The position numbers and the translations under genes are program-made. The notes under the pieces were generated by a model that was not told the origin of the DNA, made no database searches, and was given only the letters and a program-made list of their open reading frames with translations. From the NCBI GenBank assembly GCA_963514005.1, contig OY740825.1:7874001-7938000 (forward strand): a stretch of DNA of 64,000 bases. The letters run 5' to 3'. This document shows, one piece after another, positions 1-13,990 of the stretch. Each line of letters starts with the position of its first letter. Position 1 is the stretch's first letter. The stretch comes from Raja brachyura. Lineage: Eukaryota.

Positions 1-74
1 CACTTTCAGATCTGCTGGTTGTCACATCCTTGAAGAGGTGCAAAAGCACATTACATCTAACAAAGGACAATTCT

Positions 75-392
75 GAATGTTTAAGGAAGAACTGCAGATG
101 CTGGAAAAATCGAAGATAGACACAAAATGCGGGAGAAACTCAGCGGGTGAGGCAGCATCTAAGGAGAGAAGAAATAGGCAACGTTTTGGGTCGAGACCCT
201 TCTTCTGACTGATGTCGGGGGGGGGGGGGGGGGGGGCGGGTGAAAAGAAAGTAAGTCTACTGTCGGCCTCTTCCTTTCTTTCCCCACCCGCCACATCAGT
301 CTGAAGAGGGTCTCTATCCGAAACGTCGCTTATTCCTTCTCTCCATAAATACTGCCTCACCCGCTGAGTTTCTCCAGCATCTTGTGTCTACC
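75..392. mobile_element. Penelope-type terminal repeat pair, inverted
   Basis: Two oppositely oriented copies of the ctgaaga-gggtctcgacccgaaacgtc...tgctgcctcacccgctgag repeat, flanked by duplicated aaggacaattct. Confidence 0.6.
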
Positions 393-2799
393 AAGGACAA
401 TTCTCAGGTGCAGTAACTTTAGTTATGCAGGATTCGTGACAGCTTGTTTGCATAGCAAGATCCCACAACAGCAGTTGATGCACACAAGCAAATCGTACAG
501 TGGTGAACAGATGTTAGACCAGGCCAAACAAAAACTACAAAGATCTTTGAGACATTATTCGTCGAATGCGATATATTTTGATACCACATCCAAAGGGAAA
601 GAGGTCAGACTGGTTTGCTGGTTAAAGGACAAATTAAATAAGGGAAAGGGAAATCTGATTATACTGCAGTCCTACACTGGTACTGTCTGAATTTTTCCAC
701 AAACTATAGGCTTGCCTAACAGCTAGTATCCCAGTCCAGCATCCTGAAGAATACAAGGTCAATGAAGGACTTGACAGGATAGAAGCAGGGTTAACATTTC
801 TCTGAGTGGATTGTCTATAACTTACAGTCAAGACTGTCAAAATAAAGGGTCCACTCTTTAGAATAAATAAATTTTAGGCTGTGGAGAGCAAACCTTTTCA
901 ATTCTCTCTTCAAGAGGACAATGAAGACTAGACTGCTGTGTGTATTCATGACAGGGAGAGATTCAGGATCTCAGTGCGGATGGGGTTATGCAGAGCTAGA
1001 CAGACAGCCATGATTGTGTTGGATGGTGGGTCAGACACATGTTTACTTCTGCATCTATTTATAATATATTTACAATGCAATGGTGGAACAAGTTTTCAGG
1101 GTTTGAAATAAATTTTGATCTCTACCTCAAAACTCACATGGGATAAGGAGTATAATGTAATGTGCAATTCTACATTTTGAAAGAATGAAAAAGCAATTTA
1201 ATGAGATTTAATCTAATGAAATGAGACAATATACTGCGACTTGGGAGTTCTCCTACCTGATGCACAGAGGGGAGCATCAGGTACAGCAGGCAAGGCAAAT
1301 GCAATCTTGGCCTTTATTATAAGGGGCATGGAGTATAAAAGTGGGGAAATGTTGATGTGACTTTACAGGATGTTAGCAAGACCACACCTGGAGTACTGCG
1401 TACCGTTTATGTTTCTGTCCCAGCCCTATGTTAAAGTTAATCTTAGAGGGATTAGGGGAATGAGTAGCGATCTTATGCAACATAAAAAATAAGTGAGATT
1501 GACAGGCTAGATGCCAAGAGGATATTTTCTCTTGTGGGGTCATCTAGAATTAGGGTGGGCCTAATTTCAGAGGCTTAGTTGTGGCAGCTGCAGAGGCAGA
1601 ACCACTGGATATTTTAAAGACAAAATCTGATAGATATTTAAATGACAAGAGTGTGGGGAAGTCATATTGATGGAAAGCCATGATTTTATTGAATGCTGGA
1701 GAAACCTCAATGTGGATAATTGACCTACTCCTAAGATGGGGTCAAGGAAAGAGCATTCACATCATGGCCCTGTTTCCGCCAATCTTTCCACCACCACGCA
1801 CAAGAAACAACAAAACAGACACCATTGTATGTTGATGCTGAGAAGTGTGTTCAGCTCTGGCTGAATAACTTCTAATCTTGTGTGTGGACTCCATAAGAAG
1901 AAGACGACTTATTCCTAAGATAGATACAAAATGTTGAAGCAACTCAGTGGGACAGTCATCATCTCTGGGTTGAAGGAATGGGTGACATTTTGGGCTGGAG
2001 CCTTCAGACATTCTTCAAGACTGAAGAAGGGTCTCGACCGAAAATGTCACCCATTCCTATCCAGACATGCTGTTTATCCCGCTACTCCAGCATTTTGTGT
2101 CTATCTTTGGTTTAAACCAGCATCTGTAGTTCCTTCCTACTCGTTTGTTCGTATGAAATCCTCACTACCAGTTGACCTATTGATACACTTTAGCTTGGCA
2201 GGTCAAAACCAGAAGAACAACTGTACATTGTGTGTGTTTTCCCTTGTGCATGTCAGATGGAAGAACAGACACCGGGCGTTTTGGGTTCCACATTATTGGC
2301 TGGCAATCGTGTCTGCAGGAGCCTCAAACTTCTGCGTTTGGTCTCGCCGATGTAAAGGCGGTTACAGCAGGAGCACCAAATAAGGCAGGCACTTCAACTT
2401 TTAAGAGACATATGGACAAATACATGGTTATGAAATTTTGAGGGCGATATGGCAGGCAGGTTGGACTGGTGTCTGTGGGCATCTTGTTAGGCGTGGACAG
2501 GTCGGCCCAAACGGCCTGTTTATGCGCTGTGTGACTGAAGATGGTAATTGGCTCCCGAACGCCCTTGGAGAATATGTAAATCAGCCTGGTGAAAGAGAAA
2601 TGTCTGACGCTAATTATTAACACCCAGCGCTAAGAGGCAATGAAATGTGCAATAAACTGCCCACATCTTCGGAAATAACAGATTCAACCAGTGGAGCTCT
2701 GTTTGTGAAGAGAATGTCGGCGGCAGTGTATTAAACCCAGACTCGTCGACATAAAGGTGTAACTAAGCGAACTGTTGGGAGCGGCCCAGGGGAATAATG

Positions 2800-3900
2800 C
2801 TTCTATTTCACAGGCACTCAATTTTTGGAAAAAAATCCTGGCGTGGCGAACGGCGCTAGAGAAATGTAAGTGTTGCTTTCGCTTGTGAAGGAAGGAAGGG
2901 GACAGTGACCCAGGGATTCCGAGAGGTAGTCGCGAATGCCCGGGATAGAACAGGTCAGAGGAGCGAAGTTGACAAGATTGAGTAACCAACCAACGTCAAC
3001 GGGTGTACGGACGCAGGCGGGCGGGCAAAGAGGAAGTGTGGCGAGGTAGCGAGACTAGTCATCCAACACGGCCGTTGCTCAGCCGCTGCCCGTGGCATCC
3101 ATTGCACCAACAAGACGGGCACTTTCAACCTTTGCTCAATCGCCTTCCACTGGAAGCGAAGTGCCCGCTCGCTCGCCTTCGGCGTGGGAAACTCGTCGCC
3201 TGCCCCCCTCAGCCGCTTCCCAAAGCCCCCTCCCCTCCTCTCCCTCCTGCCGACGAACACACAGGTTTAAATGAAAATTCCTTTTCGAAATAAAACAGAG
3301 AAATGGCGCGGACGCCGCCAAATCCACAGCCGGTGTGTAAAAACCTTGGCCCTTCAGGAAGTGAGTCCAACCCGCATAAAAACTAACCAAAGATGGAAAC
3401 TTTTTCCAGTCCCTGCCTCTCTTGTTCACCTCCGTCTACTCGCCTGTGTGGAGAGGCTGGTCAGGGCGCCGACAGTCCCACTCAACCGGTTGTTACAAGA
3501 GTTCCGACGACAGGAACACTTGGCTTCGCGTTTCGATACAGGAAATGAAAAGGGATTTCAACTTTTACTCTTGACTTACCCTTCGCCGACGGCTCCGGCT
3601 CCAAACGGCGGAAAGTCAAGGTCGTCTTAACAGAAATATCAACAAATACGAAGAGAGGCCATTCCGAGTTCCTCGGCCGGATCCTGCGCTGTGAGGTGTG
3701 GCTCAACCCTCGCCCAGTGAGTAGAGAGTCACAGAGAGAGAGAGAGAGAGAGACAGTGCTGCCTCTCTCGCCCTTTCCCACGAGTGATGCAGACAGAGAG
3801 AGCGCCACCTCGAGGTATAGCGAGCGCCCAGCCGCCGGAGAGGTGGGCCTCCCCGTTAGCACCAGAATAAATTGTAAGCCTTTGTACAGATACCTCCATG
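2800..3900. promoter_or_regulatory. CpG island, probable bidirectional promoter (MLLT11 and a leftward gene outside the window)
   Basis: CpG-dense and TE-free, with GGAAGT Ets-type sites. A + strand donor (GAA/gtgagt) sits at 3361 and a - strand donor (AAGG/gtaagt) near 3579. Confidence 0.55.
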
Positions 3901-4684
3901 ACAAGACGCTGCATTCAGTAGTTTGGGAGAAGCTGACACTCTGAAGGATGGTCTCAACCCGAAACGTCACCCATTATTTCGCTCCAGAGATGCTGCCCGT
4001 CACGCTGTTACTCCAGCATGTTGTGTCGGTCTTCGGTCTAAACTAGCATCTGCAGTTCCTTTCTACAACTCACACCCTCACCCTGACACCCCAACACCTC
4101 ACACCCACACCCCCTACCCTGACACCCTACCTTCATCCTCACCCTGACACCGTCCTTTAAAGCGGTCAACAGAACTGCACACAATACTCTAAAAATGGCC
4201 TAAGCAAGGTTTTATAACTTTTACATTTATACTCAACACCCTGCCCAATGAAGGCCAGCATGTAGCACGCCTTCTGCACCAACGTATCCTCTTGAGTGAC
4301 CACTTTCAGGGACTTGTGGACTTGCACCACAAGATCCCTCTGTACATCAATGCCTTTCAGACACCTGACATTTACATTTACTCTTACATTTTACCTCCCA
4401 AAGTACAACATCTGAAGAAGGATCCCAACCCGAAACATCACCCAACCTTTTTTTCAGAGATGCTGCCTGACCCGCTGAGTTACTCCAGCAAGTTGTGTCT
4501 ATCTTTGGTATAAACCAGCATCTGTGGATCTTTGTTTCTACCTGCCATTTGTCTGGATTAAACTCCAACATTTTTCTGTCATATTTCCTACTGATCTACT
4601 TCCTGCTGGATGCTTGGTTACTCACTCCCTATATATAACTCTATTTCAATTTTTGTATAATCTGCAAACTTGCTAATCAATCAT

Positions 4685-5205
4685 AAGGTCATGTGATACG
4701 AGCAGAATTAAGCCAGTAGGCCCATCAAGTCTACTCCACCATTCACCCATGGCTGATCTATTTATCCCTCCTAACCCCATTCTCCTGCCTTCTACCCATA
4801 ACCCCTGACACCTGTACTAATCAAGAATATATCTCTACCTTAGAAATATCCATTGACTTGGCCTCCACGGCCGTCTGTGGCAAAGAATTTCACAGATTCG
4901 CCACCCTCTGACTAAAAAAATTCCTCCTCATCTCCTTCCTAAAGGAACATCATTTACATTCTGATTCGTTGACCTCAAGTCCTAGACTCTCCCAGTTGTG
5001 GAAACATCCTCTCCACATCCACTCTATCCAGGCCTTTCACTATTCTGCATGTTTCAGTGAGGTCCCCTCTCATTCTTCTAAACTCCAGCGAGTACAGGCC
5101 CAGTGCCGACAAATGCTCGTCATATGTTAACCCACTCATTCCTGGAATAATTCTTGTAAACGTCTTCTGGACCCACTCCAGAGCCAGCACGTCCTTCCTC
5201 AGATA
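4685..5205 (-). mobile_element. CR1 LINE 3' fragment
   Basis: ORF2 C-terminal motifs (LEWVQKTFTRIIPGM, LGLYSLEFRRMRGDL) plus a typical 3' UTR. Confidence 0.85.
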
Positions 5206-6243
5206 GAACGTAATCCTCCTACAATTTTGTGCAAATCATTTGTACAAATCACTGAATGAAATAATTGAGTTGAACAATGCTGACATCATTAGCAGCTGCA
5301 TTGTCCTATGCGGCTGACATCACAACTCATGTGACATCATTTTAACTGACAGACTGAGAAGTAAGTTTGTTTTTTATTATTGTGTTGAGGTACAATATAG
5401 ATGATGATTACTATATGGCAACAAATGTACGAATATTCCAAAATAAGAATAAGGAACTAATCTGCGTGTACTGATACAAACGGGGGATAAAAACCTTTCT
5501 GTAGAAACATACGGGTAAGTGCGGCAAAACCTGTAGGCCAAGGGGTTCCCAATTTTTTTCGTCCCGTTTACCCCTAGCAACTTTAATAGCACATAATAAT
5601 GTTAGTTCACTTATTTATGAACAACTAATAATGAACAGATACCGGTATACCAGAACCCAAAACAGTCAGTCAATGAGAAAAAATATGTACAAATCCAGAT
5701 TCGACAAATTTACCCCCTGGGTAGGCAACATTTACCCCAGGTTAGGAACCCTTCCTGTAGGCCAAGGAGCGTTGTTTGCCTTCAGTTTAGTTTGTCACGT
5801 GTACCGAGGTACAGTGAAATGTTTTTGTTGCGTGCTCACCAGTCATCAGAAGGACAATACACTGATTACAATCGACCCATTTACAGACTATAGATATATG
5901 ATAAGGGAGTAACGTTTAGTGCAAGGTAAAGGCAGCAAGGTCCGATCAAGAATAATCCGAGTCACCAAAGAGGCAGATAGTAGCTCAGCACTGCTCTCGG
6001 GTTGTGGTAGGATGATTCAGTTGCCTGATAACATATAATATAACGGTGGGATCAACCCAGAAAGTGGACGTGGACTCCGTGCAGAGCGGACCAGTCTGTG
6101 CTCCAGTTCACCTGTACCGGGAGTTGTCACTAAGTGGAACGCCGGCTGTAAAGATTGATGTAGCAGAATCCCCGATTGAAACTAGGATTAATTTCGGAAA
6201 AACAGATTTAGAGGAGAGATTGTGGTGTATCAAGCGATGAATC

Positions 6244-6500
6244 AGGGTGGGGGAGATGAGGGAAGGGGAGATGAGGGAGGAGGAGATGAGGGAAGGGGAG
6301 GGGAGATGAGGGAGGGGAGGGGGAGATGAAGGAGGGGAGGGGGCGATGAGGGAGGGGGAAATTGGGGGGGATGAGGGAGGGGAGGGGGATATGATGGGGA
6401 GATGAGGGGAGGGGGAGATGAGGGAGGGGAGGGGAAGATGAGAGGGGGAGAGTGGAGGGAGAGGGAAGGGTGGGGGAGAAGAGAGTGAGGGAGGAGTGGG
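6244..6500 (+). repeat. Purine-rich low-complexity tract of GGGAGATGAG-like units
   Basis: Almost purely G/A; the source of the spurious Pro/Ser ORFs on the - strand. Confidence 0.85.
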
Positions 6501-9500
6501 GGAGGTCGGGACAAAGGCGGAGGAACACACGCGGCTGCTCTGCGGCTCGTCAAGTAGTTCAGACGGGACTCGGTGAGCGAGGGGCGGCTGCATTGCGGCA
6601 GAAGGCGTTTCACCGGTGGGTGTGAAGGACGCAGCTCAGATAAGCTTAGCCCAGCGCGGACCAGTCTGTGCTCTAGTTCACCTGCACCGGGAGCTGTCAC
6701 TGAGTGGAACGCCGGCCCAGCGGGTTAACTGCTCCCGATACGATATTCATCGGAGCGAGAATTAATTCCACCCTCCAAGGTAACAGATAAAAGACAAATG
6801 TCATCTCTCTCTCCCCCCGCGGTTTAAATCATCAGAGCTGGGTCCGAGGCTCGGCAGGCAGCTTCTTCACGGTCTATGTTAGATTCTCCATCTCGAATGT
6901 TCTCTGCGTCTAATATAGGGATTTACGCTTCGGTCTAAATCGAGCATCTCTTTCTGGCGAGCGGGGTGGTCGAGGAGGCACCTGCAGTTGCCATCCAGGA
7001 ATCGCCACGGTCCTTCCACGCGGAGCACACGAGAGAGGGTCTGGTCTGCCAGTCGGTGAAATTAGGGGGCTATCTACCTGGAGTTGGTGGGGTGGTGGGG
7101 GTGGAAAGAGGAGGAGTGGAGGGAGGAGGGTTGGGTTGATTCGCCGGGGCTGGAGCTCGGTCGAGAGGATGGGGCTCGGTAGACTGGAGAGGATGATGAA
7201 ACGGGAGGGGGGGGGGGTCTAAAGGGGAGGGGACAGGCGACGCGGAAGGGTCGGATGGGGAAGGAGAGGGAATGATATGGGGAGGTGGGGGCGACCGTGG
7301 TTCGGGCGACGTGTGGCGGAATTGAGGCACTGGTGGTCAGAGGCGGGCGATGAGGTGTCGAGAGAGGGGTGGAACGGGTCTGGGTGTGAGGGTGGGATGG
7401 GCTGGAGAGAGGGAGGGGGTGGGTGGAGAATGAACGGGGGGGGGAGAAGTGGGTCCATAAAGTGGTGGAGATCAGTGATTTACAGGAGGGAGGGTGTGGG
7501 TAACGAAGATCTCGGAGAAACCCACGCAAGTCACGGGGAGGACGTACAAACTTGATACAGACAACACCCGCAGTCAGGATCAAACCCGAGTCTCCGGCGC
7601 TGCATTCGCCGTGCAACTCTACCGCTGCGCTACCGTGACCGCCGGGATAGTGGGGGTTTATCAAATTCTTGGCCAGAATGTAAACATGGGTCTTGCAGCC
7701 AATGTGTGGCCACCTTGTTAGTACAGGCAGCTCTATACATGCTATACACATCAATTATATACATTACTGTCACTGCACCGTCCTCCAATTGGACAAGTTC
7801 ACCAGAATATAACAAGATGCAAACACACTGAAGACCTCTCTCTGATGGAACTGCACACAGGCATAGTCCACCTGGTCAATTACCTGCGAGTGGCCAGGTG
7901 TTCCTTCGCCAAAAGTAGTCCCTGGCGCTTGTTCAATATACACACCATCCTGTGTGACAGGGCCCTGGGCTAGGTACATAGTTCCCTGAAGTGGTAGCAC
8001 AGGTAGACTGATATTTATGAGGGAGTTAGATGTGGCCCCTGTGGCTAAAGGAATCAGGGAGTATGGAGAGAAGGCAGGTACAAGATACTGAGTTGAATGA
8101 TCCGCCATAATCATATTGAATGGCGGTGCAGGCTCGAAGGGCCGAATGGCCTACTCCTGCACCTATTTCCTTTGTTTCTAGACAGGGTGGTGAAGAAGGT
8201 TTTTGACACGCTTGCCTTCAGCAGTCAGTGAGTTGAGTGTAGGATTTGGCAGGAAGGGAATATGTGATGTTTTGGGTTGGAATCCTTCTCCAGACCCTTC
8301 TTCAATCCATTAATATGCAGTTCCTTCCTACACACGCCTTCTTCAGAAGGGTTCCGACCCAAAACATCACCTATTCCTTTTCCCCAGAGATGCTGCCTGA
8401 CCCGCTGAGTTACTCCAGAACCTCGTGTCTATCTTCGGTATAAACCAGCACCTGTGGTGAGATTACTTGAAACTCCCTTGCTTTAAATTTATTTGTACAA
8501 CTTTATGCTTATTTCAACCATCTGTGACGTGGCTTTCTGAACCACATTTGTTTCTTGCCTGAGCAGCAGCCTGTGCCCTGCACAAAGGTGGCAGCTTTTG
8601 TTTACAATTTCAAAACCACGCTGGGTTGTTTTGGGAGTAGTGTGTCGCTGCTTGTCCCAAAAGCAGCTGTTACGTGGAAACCCTGAATGCTTTAACTTGG
8701 GTAACTATATAACAATTACAGCACGGAAACAGGCCCTCTCGGCTCTTCCAGTCTGTGCCGACCATTTCTTTTCCCCTAGTCCCATCTACCTGCACTCAGA
8801 CCATACCCCTTCCCGTCCATATACCTATCCACTTTACTTTTAAATGTTAAAATGATCCTGCCTCCACCACTTCTGCTGGAAGCTCATTTCACACAGCCAC
8901 CAGTAATCAGTAATTCTCAAAATTGTCAAAGGACTGAAGAAGAGTCTCGACCCGAAACGTCACCGTTCCTTTCAGATCCACCACTCATAACAACCCTCTC
9001 TCAATCTGGTCATCGTCTATTCCACATTTTAATCTGTCCCTTGGCCTTGGCCTTGTCCTTCCTGAAAGAACATCCTTTAAATCTGAAGCTACGACCTCTA
9101 GTCGTAGACTCTCCCACTAGTGGAAACATCCTCGCCACTTTAAACGTTTCCATGATTCTGCTGGTTTTTGTGTGAAAGTGAATCTTCAACAGATCCATCT
9201 CGGAGTATGCGGAGTGTGTACAAATATATGGAGGTCAGGAGGCTAATTGTGTGGGAAGGAACTGCAGATGCTAGTTTAAACCGAAGATAGACACAACAAG
9301 CTGGAGTAACTCGGCGGGACAGGCAGCATCTCTGAAGATAAGGAATAGGTGACGGTTCGGATCGTGACCTTTCTTCGGACTTCGTAACCCGCCGAGTTAC
9401 TCCATTTTTTTTGTGCCTATCATCGGTAGGTTGATTGCCCCTTGGTAGGCGTGGCAAAATGTGGGGGAGGGAAGGAATTGTGGACGGTCTGGGAAGGCTG

Positions 9501-9887
9501 GGGGAAAAAACAGCACATCAGAGAGCATTGATTTCACATTAATTGGGATGCGTCATGGGCAGCAGAGATTGGCTACACGAAACTATTACATACAATATTG
9601 ATTTTTAAGATGAACTGCAGTTTTGGCCGTTGTTCGAACAGCGGGTAGGTCAGTGGTGGAGAGATCAGGCTGGGAATAGGACAGCGAATTAAAGTGAGCG
9701 GAATTGTAAGTTCAGGAACAAAGCAATTACCGAGTTTGGCTTCTGCGCTGCAGCAGAGACTGCGCTGTGAACAAGTGGAGGGGCCGTTTGGGTCAGAGGG
9801 TGGTGGGAAATGAAGGGGTTGCGAGGGCAGGTTGGAAATGTCGCGTCTTTAATGAATCCATCTCTGTTCACCCCTCCAGTAGTCACG

Positions 9888-10127
9888 ATGTTGGACCTGC
9901 TGAGCACCCAGTACGATTCCTTCATATTCTGGAGAACCCCCATCCCCGTCATCGACTTGGCCGAGATGGAGATTTTGCTGCCGGGCTCCGGAGGCGAGGG
10001 CGCGGCCGCCAGAACCGGCGCTTGTCGGGATCACGAGGATGGCGACGGCTTGGCCGAGTACAACTCCTTCAATTTCTGGAGGTCTCCGATCGCCACCTTT
10101 AATGGGATCGACCTAGACCTGCTTTAA
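9888..10127 (+). CDS. MLLT11: MLLT11 / AF1q, single coding exon, 79 aa
   Basis: Translates as MLDLLSTQYDSFIFWRTPIPVIDLAEME...GDGLAEYNSFNFWRSPIATFNGIDLDLL*. Both FWRxPI motifs and the LDLL C-terminus match AF1q as I recall it. A splice acceptor (cccctccag) lies just before the ATG, so the upstream part of ORF 9810..10127 is intronic. Confidence 0.95.
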   Translation: MLDLLSTQYDSFIFWRTPIPVIDLAEMEILLPGSGGEGAAARTGACRDHEDGDGLAEYNSFNFWRSPIATFNGIDLDLL

Positions 10128-12919
10128 CCCCTCGGCGAAGTTGCTTGTGATTTATGAATGTTCCCGCACCGACAGATCCGGTTGCTTTATCATTCCCTCA
10201 TCCACTATTATATTTAATCCTTCAGAATATTTTGGGAGTAAAGGCAACGCTATATTCTCCACGTTGTATGTTATCAGTTATGTTCGGCTGCCTAATCGAT
10301 AGCTTGAGCGGGTTGAAACGCCATCTAATTGGCCCTAATTTTCTACATAGATCTGTAAAAGCCCCTTCAAAAATGGTTAATTTTCTTTTGCAAAACGATG
10401 TTGGAACCGCTCCCACCGCCGCCTTTGTGTCGCTTTAACCCCCCTCTCCCACCCCCCCCCCCCCCCCCCCCCCTCCCGCCGGCTAATCCCATTCATTAGA
10501 ATAATTTCCACCACGGGTCGTTTGTCAGCACCAGAGCTACATTTCAACATTAGAACGTAATTGCCGAAGGATCCCAGGGTTGTACATTTCCTTCACGACA
10601 ACAACCCAGCTTGCCCCTATATTCTGGAGATTCTGTCTCTCTCGCCTGCGCTTTGTCCCACTGAGGTGGGGCGAGGTGTTGGTGCCACAGTCTGGCAGCC
10701 GAGACGCTGCCCTCCCACCATTTTCACGCCGTGCATCAACAACCCCTCGTCTGACTGGCGGTCGCTCAGGTTGAACACGGATCCAGTCGCGGTGTTGTTG
10801 GACATCTCGTCAACAACATTCATGGTATGGATTTTATTTTAAGTTGTCTCTCGGCAGCGCAGGTCTGCGCCGGGCCCATCACGGACCCGGTCACCGTGCG
10901 CGGGCCCCTGTCAGAGGGAGGGAGAACCTAGGGCCCCTCGGTCTGCCCGCGGCATCTCCCCGCCGTCCGTCCCACCCCAGGAGATCAAACGTGACAACCG
11001 CGAACAGGCCGGTCGCTGCCACCGATCAAATGCATCGATCCGGGAATACGGGCTTAAAACGTGACTAAAATATTTATTTATTTAACTATTTATTTCACTA
11101 ATTTATTTGTTTTGATTTTTAATATTTAATTTTAGGCGCGTGAGAAGCGGAGAACATTTCCCTGTTCTATTTACTGACGAGTCCTGGGGAAATGATCTAA
11201 TTTCATCGCTGCTGTATGACCGGCGAGCCTCGCTCCTTGCGCCCTCGCAGCTTGTGAGGAGGAGCTGCCGCCGACCTCTACCGGAGTAGCCGAACTACCT
11301 GCCGCCTCAGGCAGCATCTCTGGAGAGAAGGAATAGGTGACGTTTCGGATCGAGAGAAGGGTCTCCCATTCCTTCACTCCAGAGATGTTGCCTGTCCTGC
11401 TGAGTTACTCCAGCATGTTGTGTCTATCTTCGGTGTGAAGGTGTCTAGGTCCGGCAGTCGTTCCAAGATAAGAGCCGGATCACATCTTGGCGAACCGTTG
11501 GCATTTTCCACCACTGGTCGTTCGCCGAGGATATTCGGAAAGCGAAAACTGAAACTAAAAGGTAGATGGATAGGGCAGGTTTTGAGGGATATGGACCAGG
11601 CTCAGGCAGGTGGGACTAGTGTAGCTGGGACATGTTGGCCAGTTGTGCCGAAGGGTCTGTTTCACTCTATGACTCTATAAATGAATCCGCTGGAAACAAA
11701 ACCCGAAATAGTTGAAAATATTCAGTCGGTCAAAGTCACGAACGAGGGAGGGACTCGAAATGAAAGATAGATTATTTCTCTTCCCACAGATGCGTTCTGA
11801 CCTGCTGAGTATTTTCCCCTCCAGCGTTTTCTGGTTTTTGATAATTCAGCAGATTGATGGGTCTTTGAGCAAAAGAGAAGCAAGAGAAATGGGCGGGTGA
11901 AAGAAGTGCGGTGGGCCGCTGCCTGACGGAATATAAGCCGTGAGGGACACGGGTTACGACGGGCAACCTCTGTAGCCACTGCTTGTGAAACAATTGTCCA
12001 CTTTCCCCCCACACATGCCTTTCTCCACCCCGTCCGCATTTCTGTACCAACACGTCTTTTGGACAACAAGCAAGGGTGGGATATACGTCTCCCCCACCCT
12101 CTCAACTACTTGCAAGAGCCCTGGTTAGAGATTGCTAGCAACTGGTTACATGTATCCAACCGCAGCGGCGTTAACAAGGGTGGTAGCCGCTCCCATGGGC
12201 GCCCGCCACAAAGAGTTGAAGGGATGTTCTCTCGTCTCCACCAAAGATCATGGAGCTCTATGATCTTTGGTCTCCACTGACCTTGGCTGCAGCTAGACAC
12301 AAAAAGCTGGGAGTAACTCAGCGGAACAGGCAGCATCACATGCTGAGCGGCGTGTTACTACAGGCTGTGACAAATCTCCCACCACGGGCTGTAACGAAGC
12401 AATGGGGACTAGACAGTGGATCCAGGGTTTGGCTGGTGTCCCAGGGCCAACAGCAAGAACCGTACAGACAAAACTCTGCCACGTTAACATGGACCCGCAA
12501 CACGTTGCTGCCTGATCTCCTTGTCCTTCACTGCTCTGAGGTCCATTAACATTGGTTTTGAATCCACTTGGTTTACACTCAAAATTCCTCGGCTGATTGG
12601 GGTGAAACATGTAAAGGCCGGGAGCCCCCCCCCCCCAGTTGCCCCCAATCATTTCTGTATCAAACTCGGAGAGACGAGTCGTTGAGCGACCTTTGTGTAA
12701 GTTCCATTTATGTCTATCTGCGGTGTAATTGACTGTTGATGCTTCATGTAAATGTCACAAAACCAATAAACTCATTAATCAAAAAAAAAATACGGTGGAA
12801 GTTTCTCGTTATTTTCTGATGATACTGACCGAGGTAAAGTTTGTCTTCATCACAGCAGAATGTTGATTGGGATTTTACGTCCCATTTATTGTAAGCATGC
12901 TAGTTAGCAGTTACTAAGT

Positions 12920-13990
12920 CATAGCCATACAAAACATACCATTCGGCCCAACTTATACATACTAACCAAGATCCCTCATCTACACTTGTCCCACCTGCCC
13001 ACATTTGGCCCATATCCCTCCAAACCTAACCCATGTATCTATCCAAATGGCTTTTTAAATGTTATTGCACCTCATCTGGCAGCTCGTTCTCTACACCCAC
13101 TACCATCTGTGAAAAAAGTTGACCCTCAGATTACCATTAAATCTTTGCACCCTCACGTTAAACCGACCCCCTTGGTTCTTGATTCCCCTATTCTGAGTAA
13201 AAGGCTGTGTACATTTATCCCATCTGTTCCCCTCAAGATTATATACACCTCCACAAGATCACTCCTTGCCCCCTGTGGTCTAAGGGATAAAGTCCTGGCC
13301 TGCATAACCTCTCCCTATAACTCAGACCCTGGCAACGTCCTCGTAAATCTTCTCTGCACTATTTATGGCTTAACAACATCATTCCTATTGCAGAGTGACT
13401 GAAATTGAGCACAATACTCCAAATGTATTATCACCAATGTTTTGTACGACTGTAGTATAACATATCGACTTCTAAACTCAATACCCTGACTGATGAAGGC
13501 CAATGCACCAAAAGCCTTGTGGCCACCCTATCTATCTGCATCGCCACTTTAAAGGAACTATGTACCAGCACTCCTAGATCCCTCTACTCTACAAGGCCCT
13601 GCCATTCACTCTGAATGTCCTAACCTGGTTTGACTTCCCAACATGCAACATCTTTGCATTAAACTCTGTTAACCACTGATCAAAAATCCTGCTGTAATTT
13701 TTGATTACCATCTTTGCTATTTACAATACCATTCACTTTAATGTCATCTGCAATCGTTCTAATCACGCCTTCTACTTCTACTGTACATTCTCATCCATAT
13801 CGGTGATATAAACCACAGACAGCAACGATTCCTGAGGTACTGATTACAGGCCTCCACCACCACCCTCTGCTTCCTTCCGTGAAGCCAATTCTCTTTACAC
13901 TGTCGGGACCCCATGTCATCTAACCTTTCAAAGCAGCCTTCTACGTGGAACCTTATCAAATGTCTTGCTGAAGGCCTTATAAATGTCCAC
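12920..13990 (-). mobile_element. Degraded CR1 LINE
   Basis: Reverse-strand RT-region remnants (ENWLHGRKQRVVVE) and a CR1-type 3' end. Confidence 0.8.

Noticed and set aside
6108-7754. Proline-rich extensin-like ORFs on the - strand
   Set aside because: They are the complement of G/A low-complexity tracts and a SINE.
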